Positions 57,623 through 64,000 of a stretch of DNA of 64,000 nt are shown one piece after another; the first letter of the stretch is position 1; every line of letters begins with the position of its first letter. A program made the translations under genes and the position numbers. Source of the DNA: a virus; the IMG/VR virus record IMGVR_UViG_3300027741_000002, positions 32,001 through 96,000 of that record. One strand, given 5' to 3'. The notes under the pieces are model-generated. The model saw only the letters and a program-made list of their open reading frames with translations. It was not told the origin of the DNA and ran no database searches.

Positions 57623-57775
57623 TGCGCATCCTTCCGTCATTAAAATTAGTAACGATGAAGGCGCCGTATTGTTTCGGACCCCTGCAGGTTTCGAGTCTTT
57701 AGTTTGGCCAGCGGCCGCCCCTTCATCGTTATGAGTTAATTATATCAGGTACATAATTAAAAGTAAAATAGGAAA

Positions 57776-57797
57776 CCCCTGGCTGTTAGGCCAGGGG
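57776..57797 (-). terminator. intrinsic terminator
   Basis: CCCCTGGC/GCCAGGGG stem followed by TTTCCTATTTTACTTTT. Confidence 0.7.
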
Positions 57798-57809
57798 CTT
57801 CGTTAACTC

Positions 57810-58154
57810 TTAGAGAGTTTTAATGAATGTGTAGGGTGTCTTTACCAGGGTTGCCTCAAAGGCTTCTGGGAAAAGTTCCTGTAGGACCTTGCGGTCGATT
57901 TTGGAATTGGTTGAGTGTGCAAGCTTGAATCGCTCTACCCCACCAATGACTGCGGTATCCGCGTCACCTAAAAGTTCGCGTAGCAGTAACTCTGCTTCAG
58001 CTTTCTTTTCTTCGTACGCCTTAATCGCATCCTTTGCGAATGTGAATGCTGCCAATGCTTTTTCGGCTGCTGCAGCTTTTGATGTTAGGTCTACCTTGTT
58101 GGTAACCTTTGTTACTGTAGAGACTTTAGTCTCTGTGATTACGGTGCTAACCAT
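57810..58154 (-). CDS. hypothetical phage protein
   Basis: Coiled coil then KIDRKVLQELFPEAF; own promoter. Confidence 0.7.
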   Translation of the reverse strand: MVSTVITETKVSTVTKVTNKVDLTSKAAAAEKALAAFTFAKDAIKAYEEKKAEAELLLRELLGDADTAVIGGVERFKLAHSTNSKIDRKVLQELFPEAFEATLVKTPYTFIKTL

Positions 58155-58224
58155 GTGGTTACTTCCCTTTCGTCATTTTGTCGTTGGCGCCAGGTTTCCG
58201 GCGTTGGCACTATTATATCAGGTT

Positions 58225-58449
58225 CTACTCTGTAAGTAACACACCACCGGCGCATGAATCGCAAACAATCCAGGAGTCGTTCTCAGCCTCAACGATGACA
58301 CAGGAGACAAAGCGGCTGTTCACGAAGCCAATGGCTACGTCACAGTTCTCGCAGGCGAGGTCGTCTGCGTCAAAGTCCATGAGATCAAGAGACTCGGCTC
58401 TGTGAGCCTGGTCAGTATTCTCAACTACATATAAGTGTACGTTCACCAT
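58225..58449 (-). CDS. small Zn-binding protein
   Basis: CENC..CDSC. Confidence 0.6.
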   Translation of the reverse strand: MVNVHLYVVENTDQAHRAESLDLMDFDADDLACENCDVAIGFVNSRFVSCVIVEAENDSWIVCDSCAGGVLLTE

Positions 58450-58470
58450 GGGGTGAACAATAAACGGATA

Positions 58471-59130
58471 TTAGAGAGCTGACTTAAAAAGCTCCTGAAG
58501 TTTGTCGAGCTTGGCGTTGGCCGCATCCAGCTGTGACTGGATCTCGGCGGTACGCTCCGCAACCATCTTCTCGATGAGGTAATCGACTACCGCATTTGAG
58601 TTCGTTGGCACCGGTGTCACGTCGACAAGCTCGACCTCAGTAAACCGACGCTTAGATTTAGACGCAGCCTTTGTTGAGTACTTATATACCCTACGAGCTA
58701 TGACTCCTGTTTGAGAGTAAAGTCTCAGCCCTGGTACTGCTTCAGCAACCGTACGAGCTGGAACCACGCCCGCAGGAGCCCAGTAGAGAGTAGCAAGAAT
58801 ATTAGGAGCTCGCCCGCCATCAGCGCGAACACCTTGTTCGTGCTTAGTCTCTTTTCGAGATGAGACTAGGTTTCCGGAGATGAGAGCCTTAACTTCGGTG
58901 CGAACCTGCATTTCGCCATATGGTCGATTTGCAATGCGCGATGCCGCCTCTGCGATTTCAATAATACTTAAAGGCTGCGATGATTCAGTTAACGCCTGCA
59001 GGATTGATTTACGGGCGCTGCTTAATACGGGAGTGTATGTATTGATGGGAGTGTCCTTTTTGTCGTTTGAATTTAGTGAATTTAGATTTACAGGAGTTGT
59101 AAATCTAGCCAGGTGTTTTAACTGTGGCAT
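58471..59130 (-). CDS. putative winged-helix DNA-binding protein with C-terminal coiled coil
   Basis: ILQAL..PLSIIEIAE..VRTEVKALISGNLV; first gene after the outermost promoter copy. Confidence 0.65.
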   Translation of the reverse strand: MPQLKHLARFTTPVNLNSLNSNDKKDTPINTYTPVLSSARKSILQALTESSQPLSIIEIAEAASRIANRPYGEMQVRTEVKALISGNLVSSRKETKHEQGVRADGGRAPNILATLYWAPAGVVPARTVAEAVPGLRLYSQTGVIARRVYKYSTKAASKSKRRFTEVELVDVTPVPTNSNAVVDYLIEKMVAERTAEIQSQLDAANAKLDKLQELFKSAL

Positions 59131-59316
59131 CTAATAATTCCTTTCGTCATTTTTTCCTACAACTTAATTATATCAAGATAAGTGCAAAATGGACCACAGG
59201 CTGGGCCGATTATTTTTTGAGCTCCACTTCTTTTACTTTACTAAGAAGCAAGCTAGCTAGAGCCGAGCTGGAGCCGAGCTGTACTGAGTGAGAGTCCTAC
59301 CAAGAAGTGGGATGCC

Positions 59317-60069
59317 CTAGGCATCAAGCTGGAAGACGCCGGTGATCTCACCAAGAAGTCTTAAGCTACGCTCGTCGGCGATTCCTGTCGCCCTGTCGTT
59401 TGCGTACCCGATCTGGCGCTGCCATCTGGCATATGCGTGCTTGGTCAACCCGTCATACATATCCGGCGTAAATCGTCCCAGGCCTCCTGTCACTTTTGAG
59501 AGCGCAAGCTGGACAAGCCCGATTGACTGGTTACGTCGCCCTGGGCGGATGCTGGATAGCTGCAAGCCTGCCCGCTGGCCCGTTGGGGCTTTTTTACTCA
59601 CAGGCCGGTAATTTGGTTTTCCAAAACCGATGATCTCATGTTTAGACCTGACACGCCGGTACACACCCATTACGTGAACGTCAGCCTTAGGCAGGCCGCT
59701 GTTTATCTGGCCCTCGATTGTTCCGACGAGCCCGTCCGTGTTCCAACGGCTAACGTCAGCTACCAGGCCTACATGTGAAACGCCAAATGTCTCGCCCGTT
59801 GGGAATACGAAGAACACAACGTCGCCAAGCCGCGGTCTTTGCTTCAACCGTCCTTGCTTGTTAAACTCCGCCATGCCGCTGGGTGGATAAACGCAGCTAG
59901 GTATGGTCACGCCCGCCTCATGGAAGACAAGGTCAATGAACGCGCCTGCCCACAACGTCCCGTCATATCCGGAACGTTCTCCAAAGGGAGTCCGTCCGTT
60001 AGGGTTGGCGGTAAAGCCTAGCCAGGCCTCAGCTTGAGTTATTACATTACTTGGCGGTAAGGATTTCAA
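59317..60069 (-). CDS. CHAP-like domain + peptidoglycan-binding domain (endolysin-like)
   Basis: AEAWLG, W(A)GAFI, GDVVFF, SHVGLV, TIEG, IIGFGKP; VQLAL..YDGLTKHAYARWQRQIG; start uncertain. Confidence 0.75.
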   Translation of the reverse strand: MKSLPPSNVITQAEAWLGFTANPNGRTPFGERSGYDGTLWAGAFIDLVFHEAGVTIPSCVYPPSGMAEFNKQGRLKQRPRLGDVVFFVFPTGETFGVSHVGLVADVSRWNTDGLVGTIEGQINSGLPKADVHVMGVYRRVRSKHEIIGFGKPNYRPVSKKAPTGQRAGLQLSSIRPGRRNQSIGLVQLALSKVTGGLGRFTPDMYDGLTKHAYARWQRQIGYANDRATGIADERSLRLLGEITGVFQLDA

Positions 60070-60232
60070 GATGTAGACTCTCCAAGTGCGTTACTAAGTT
60101 CTCTGCCTCGTTGGTGCGAGCCGTCAAGCGTACGTGTTCCTCGCGGGTTGCCGCCAGCTCCAGGTCGCTCATCATGCAGGCCGCGTGTTCGCGCGCAAAG
60201 TGTAAGATATCCTCTAGTGCCGTCAAGTTCAT
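60047..60232 (-). CDS. small hypothetical protein
   Basis: ATGA-coupled to upstream gene. Confidence 0.6.
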   Translation of the reverse strand: MNLTALEDILHFAREHAACMMSDLELAATREEHVRLTARTNEAENLVTHLESLHLEILTAK

Positions 60233-61170
60233 TCGTTGGGTTCCGCATCCGTTGTATCCTCTTTGTCCTGGCCGTCGTTTGTTTGGGGAATTTCCTCTGC
60301 GTCGTGTACGTCTACGCCTGCCGTCGCAAGCTGGGCCGCCGTGTTAATGGCGCCAGATGCTAAACGCCCAAGCCGCTCTGAAATAATATCTGCCGCGGAC
60401 CTGCCGTCCGTGACGTTGATGTTACCGTCTAACTCTATACCGCCTCTTACTCCCGCGCGATCTAAAATCTCCGTAGATGCTTTTAATCTTACCGGCTCTG
60501 AAACCGCGGAGTTCATGAGATCCTCTAGAACGTCTACCGCATAGGGAGCAGCCTGAACTAATTTCTTGCGTGCCCGCTCTATGTCGTCGCTTGGATTCTT
60601 CTTGACATGCCGTAGGTGAACACGGCATAGTCCATCGTCCTTGAGACGCCCGCTGCTCCAAAGCATGCAGCGGATTGCGTCGTCCTTGACCTGCCGGCAC
60701 CGATGAGGGAGAGCGGTCGGCTTACGCTTCTCGGTGGCAATCGGGTTGTCCTGCTCGTTAATCCACATCCGTGTCGCGCCGATAACCCAGGGAGGAACTA
60801 TGTGATCGGACGCCGATTCCGCAACTAGATCCAGGCCGGTTAGATAATCGCTGTTCATGTTCTTAGGATCTACCAGGATCGGACGTTTCTCAGCTAGTGA
60901 AAGAATCCGGCGTTGTGTGACCATGTCCTTTGACCGCGCCTGGATGAGACCGGTCGGAACACCGTTCGTGGCGTAGACCGTATCCCAGCCCATCTGTGAG
61001 GAGCGCAGGATGCTGCGGTTTTCGTACGTGTCCTCGCACACGCCGCGGGAATGTTCTAGGATGCCCAAGGCTCCAAGATCCGGTCGGATGTTCGTAGGAT
61101 CTTCAATGATGGGGGTTGCATCATTGTCATCGTCCTCATCGGAGACCGGAAAGAGATTCGCTGTCGTCAT
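60229..61170 (-). CDS. possible terminase small subunit
   Basis: C..C..CRVH Zn motif then ARKKL..AAPYAVDVLEDLM..SEPVRLKASTEILDRAG helical motif seen in TerS-like proteins. Confidence 0.55.
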   Translation of the reverse strand: MTTANLFPVSDEDDDNDATPIIEDPTNIRPDLGALGILEHSRGVCEDTYENRSILRSSQMGWDTVYATNGVPTGLIQARSKDMVTQRRILSLAEKRPILVDPKNMNSDYLTGLDLVAESASDHIVPPWVIGATRMWINEQDNPIATEKRKPTALPHRCRQVKDDAIRCMLWSSGRLKDDGLCRVHLRHVKKNPSDDIERARKKLVQAAPYAVDVLEDLMNSAVSEPVRLKASTEILDRAGVRGGIELDGNINVTDGRSAADIISERLGRLASGAINTAAQLATAGVDVHDAEEIPQTNDGQDKEDTTDAEPNE

Positions 61171-61272
61171 TGTTCAATTGTACATACGTCTTAAAAAGGA
61201 GACAGACTCCGCGACCTGGGGAGAGGGCTAATCACGGAGTCTGCCTCGTTCTTTTTTGGAGTTAGAAGTTAG

Positions 61273-61458
61273 TTACTTCGTTCTTCCAAATGCTGCGTCA
61301 TTAGGATTTAGGTAGCGAAGTACAACAGGAAGGATCGCAGCAAGACCAGCCTTTGCGATATCCGCTGGGTTTGTTACTCCTGCCATATAAACCGCGATTC
61401 CTGCGGCTAGGAATGAACGAGCCCATGAGGCTGCCATTGCTTTTAGTTCGTTAGTCAT
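61273..61458 (-). CDS. holin
   Basis: SWARSFLAA, two TMs, PVVLRYLNPNDAAFG. Confidence 0.75.
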   Translation of the reverse strand: MTNELKAMAASWARSFLAAGIAVYMAGVTNPADIAKAGLAAILPVVLRYLNPNDAAFGRTK

Positions 61459-61598
61459 GTTTTCTCCTTATGAGTCAGGGTTGACTCTAGGAGAAATTCT
61501 ACATCAGGTTGGAGAGGTTGAGGAGGAAAGAGGAGAGAGACTACCTCGCTTCTGCTTTGTGTAGAAACAGAATATGAATGTACGGGTAAACTGCTTCT

Positions 61599-61844
61599 TT
61601 AAAGCGGCCCGTTTCCTTGAATCACGTCAATCGCCTGTCTTAGTCCCAAGGTGTAAAGGGTCGTGTCATCTGGGACTTCAGCCTCCCAATGCTTAATCAT
61701 CTTGGTAAGTTCTTTAACCTGTTTGTCTTCTAATGCTTGTAGCTTTTTATTTAGTACAAGGTACAGATCCTGCTGACGATACCCAGGGTGGGCTAGGGCA
61801 GTAATCAAATCCTTATATAATTCATTTACAAAATCGCTATTCAT
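61599..61844 (-). CDS. hypothetical protein
   Basis: 81 aa, coupled. Confidence 0.65.
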   Translation of the reverse strand: MNSDFVNELYKDLITALAHPGYRQQDLYLVLNKKLQALEDKQVKELTKMIKHWEAEVPDDTTLYTLGLRQAIDVIQGNGPL

Positions 61845-62053
61845 TTTGTCTCCTTTGTTTTCTTACTCACAACTATGTTAACTGGCTTCCATCCCTTGTT
61901 ACAGTCACAACCGCAGATCCATAACTTGTCGTACCACGCGATTTCATGTGGGCATGAGTCATGGGTGTCGGTCCGACAAAATCCACAGGAACCTTCAAGT
62001 GGAATAACCTCTCGGATACTAGTCCACTCTTCATTCCTTAGCTCTTTACTCAA
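61841..62053 (-). CDS. Cys/His-rich hypothetical protein
   Basis: CGFC..H..C..CGCDC. Confidence 0.65.
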   Translation of the reverse strand: MSKELRNEEWTSIREVIPLEGSCGFCRTDTHDSCPHEIAWYDKLWICGCDCNKGWKPVNIVVSKKTKETK

Positions 62054-62732
62054 CGACGTACACCACTTGTTTATGATGTTTCAGCTTAACGGTGGGGTCT
62101 ACCCAAATCTTATATCCGGCTTCCTTAGCGCCTTCACACCAGGAGTAGTCTTCTCCCATGTTCACCGCAAAACCGTTCTCTTCCCAGAAGACCTCGCGGA
62201 TCTTGAACCAGGGTCTCTTCATACTTTCAAAGACTCCATGCTTCATCGCAACGAAACCGAAACCTACACCGCCAACCTCCACTGGCTCCCAATGGAGAAG
62301 GAAGTCAGATTTGTTGACAAGTGTTGGGCGTCCTTGTGGATCTGATAGATTAACCGCTACTGTACCGTTTGGGTTGGTTTGGTACAACCCGCTGACCACG
62401 TCCATCTCTGAATCATAGATACGTAAAAAATCTTCCGGCGTCCACTCGATATCCGAATCAATCCAAAAGATCTTCTTGTAGGTGTACTTTCCACCGCCAA
62501 TCTCGTTGGTCTTCCAGTTATGTCCATAGGAATCTGTCGCAACCTGTTCACGAGTACTTGGGATAAATGAACCAGACTTATGAAGCAGGTGGTATGAGAT
62601 TCCCTTCTCGTTGAGCATTCTGGTAGTGGCAACGAGACTCGTCACGTACTCTGGCACGAACGAGAATGCTGGCGTCGCAATCAGGACGTCATAGTGAAGT
62701 ACATCAGCCTTGACAATCGGTAACTCTTTCAT
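62046..62732 (-). CDS. glycosyltransferase-like protein (GT-A)
   Basis: IATP, FWIDSDIEW, VVSGLY, VGFGFV..VFE...PWF, GEDYSWC..GYKIWVDP..H. Confidence 0.8.
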   Translation of the reverse strand: MKELPIVKADVLHYDVLIATPAFSFVPEYVTSLVATTRMLNEKGISYHLLHKSGSFIPSTREQVATDSYGHNWKTNEIGGGKYTYKKIFWIDSDIEWTPEDFLRIYDSEMDVVSGLYQTNPNGTVAVNLSDPQGRPTLVNKSDFLLHWEPVEVGGVGFGFVAMKHGVFESMKRPWFKIREVFWEENGFAVNMGEDYSWCEGAKEAGYKIWVDPTVKLKHHKQVVYVVE

Positions 62733-62890
62733 CACCACTCAAAGCCCACCCAGACAAAGATCAAATCAAGATCAAAGTTGTTTGGGCTAATGGCTATCCC
62801 GAGCGCAAGACGTCTATGTGAGTAACCACAATGAAACCAACGGTTACCCGTCTTACCTAGCTTTCTTTCATAGTGTGAGCTTAGCGCCAT
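62732..62890 (-). CDS. small hypothetical protein (52 aa)
   Basis: Manual: MALSSHYERKLGKTGNRWFHCG...FVWVGFEW; TGATG overlap with the GT gene. Confidence 0.55.
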   Translation of the reverse strand: MALSSHYERKLGKTGNRWFHCGYSHRRLALGIAISPNNFDLDLIFVWVGFEW

Positions 62891-63107
62891 TTGCCACCTT
62901 CTTGCTAATCTTGTTAATTGTCAATCCGGTCTCTTCGTCCGTGAAGGACTCACCGTCATACGTAAATCCCGTATCCTCAATAGCAATCACCCAGGCTTGG
63001 CCAGGGATATTAAGAACCATCAGCATATAATTAAGTACTCTACTTTTCCACTCTGGCATCTCGATAAGAACATACGCAGGGAGATCCTTCTTTTTCTTCT
63101 TAGCCAC
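62868..63107 (-). CDS. hypothetical protein
   Basis: GTG 63107 MAKKKKKDLP. Confidence 0.55.
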   Translation of the reverse strand: MAKKKKKDLPAYVLIEMPEWKSRVLNYMLMVLNIPGQAWVIAIEDTGFTYDGESFTDEETGLTINKISKKVANGAKLTL

Positions 63108-63108
63108 A

Positions 63109-63603
63109 TCACACCACCGTTCTACATGTAGGACACAACAGAGCGTCAAAGCCAGTTGCTTCATCTGCACCATATCCAGATTGAGTCACGGGGACAGGAA
63201 TAACGTTCGTGGCCTTTTCACCGCACCTATCGCAGGCAAGCTCAATAATCCACTTGACGGACTTACCTGCTTGAATGCTCGAGTACATTCCACGAGCTAA
63301 GGCATGCATTGCTCCTGCACCTTCAGTCTTACGAAGGAACACACGAGTATCGTCTACCTCAAGGACAGCTCTAGGTTTCTTGCAGGGACAACGCAGAGCA
63401 CTTGGCTTGCAGTCAACCATTCCAGAGTAGACCGTGTGCTTGGTCATGGCGTGACCACAAACGCAGACCCGTCGATCTCGACCACCGCTCTTAGTTTTTG
63501 CAACCAGCTTCTTATCTGCCGCCGCAACTTCCTCGAAGGATAATCCCATTGCCTTTAGGGCATCATCATCAATCATCGGTTTTCCTTTATCCATTGACTT
63601 CAA
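63109..63603 (-). CDS. Zn-binding hypothetical protein
   Basis: CVCGH..H..C..CPC; CDRC..CPTC. Confidence 0.7.
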   Translation of the reverse strand: MKSMDKGKPMIDDDALKAMGLSFEEVAAADKKLVAKTKSGGRDRRVCVCGHAMTKHTVYSGMVDCKPSALRCPCKKPRAVLEVDDTRVFLRKTEGAGAMHALARGMYSSIQAGKSVKWIIELACDRCGEKATNVIPVPVTQSGYGADEATGFDALLCPTCRTVV

Positions 63604-63823
63604 GCACCATGTAGATGCATAGTGCCCACAGGATAGTTATAAGGACAAGCAGTGAGTAGAGGATCTTCCTCATCACTGGATTTTCTTTTCTTGCTGACCA
63701 GCCGTAGTATGCAACTATGGCTACACCAAATGTAGCAATTACAATTGCAACCCAATCAGTTTTTAGTAACACTTTGTCTCTCCTATCGTTTGTATAAAAA
63801 ACCTTATCATGATAGCCAACCAA
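63587..63823 (-). CDS. small membrane protein
   Basis: Two hydrophobic helices. Confidence 0.55.
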   Translation of the reverse strand: MVGYHDKVFYTNDRRDKVLLKTDWVAIVIATFGVAIVAYYGWSARKENPVMRKILYSLLVLITILWALCIYMVLEVNG

Positions 63824-64000
63824 AGTACAACCAAAATCAACTTAAAATCTTAATTCTTTAATTCTTGACTATAAAAACTAAAGCCCCTAGGGAGAACTCC
63901 CTACACGTAAACTAAATATAGTTAACTATTTAAGTATTATAATATTCAGATTATTAGGATTATTTAAGATACTAAGCAGCAATCAACTTTTCGAACCACT

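Larger units (their letters stand above)
43147..59177 (-). promoter_or_regulatory. dispersed family of ~18 extended -10 promoters (CCTGATATAAT-AGTAC/TAAC), most followed by a conserved leader/RBS motif (AYGACG[G/A]AAGGA)
   Basis: Copies (+ coordinates) near 43171, 46099, 47131, 47984, 49456, 49774, 50306, 50547, 50865, 51654, 52009, 52495, 55338, 56926, 57211, 57735, 58208, 59164. Confidence 0.85.

Noticed and set aside
57650-57731. Hammerhead ribozyme (two GAAAC motifs)
   Set aside because: No CUGANGA core
43147-59177. Repeated motif considered as a CRISPR array or attachment sites
   Set aside because: Spacing is irregular (0.2-3 kb), genes lie between copies, and the motif contains TATAAT plus an RBS, so promoters explain it
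59260-59281. Tandem 11-mer GAGCCGAGCTG
   Set aside because: Only two copies; no further support for function
33-63543. Numerous plus-strand ORFs and nested alternative-frame minus-strand ORFs in the track
   Set aside because: They shadow well-supported minus-strand genes and lack RBSs and recognisable motifs
1-64000. tRNA genes, integrase, transposase, inteins/introns, stop-codon reassignment
   Set aside because: None recognised by eye; core genes are uninterrupted and of normal length under the standard code. A tRNAscan run would be needed to exclude tRNAs formally

Overview
This window is 64 kb of a tailed dsDNA phage genome (siphovirus-type), most likely infecting a moderate/low-GC actinobacterium. 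Essentially all real genes lie on the minus strand. Read in transcription order (right to left), it contains: small genes and a glycosyltransferase; holin, a possible small terminase and a CHAP/PG-binding lysin; a ~16 kb early/accessory block driven by ~18 copies of one extended -10 promoter motif (MoxR AAA + VWA, secreted subtilase, WGR, proteasome-type Ntn hydrolase, dual-specificity phosphatase, histone-deacetylase-family enzyme, a promoter-and-terminator-bounded structured ncRNA candidate); terminase, transglycosylase and portal; three very large multidomain head-region proteins (Dps-fusion, GNAT+kinase fusion, protease polyprotein); two capsid proteins; the tail module; and a nucleotide cluster (dNMP kinase-UDG-like fusion, Asp-type thymidylate-synthase homolog, GT2, dCMP deaminase) leading into DNA polymerase A, which is truncated at the window edge. 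The strongest candidates for an undescribed system are (i) a matched writer/eraser set, with acetyltransferase + kinase in a putative virion cargo protein and deacetylase + phosphatase in one operon, (ii) head polyproteins punctuated by a recurring putative protease cleavage motif, and (iii) a ~285 nt structured ncRNA. All calls come from motif reading only; no searches were run.
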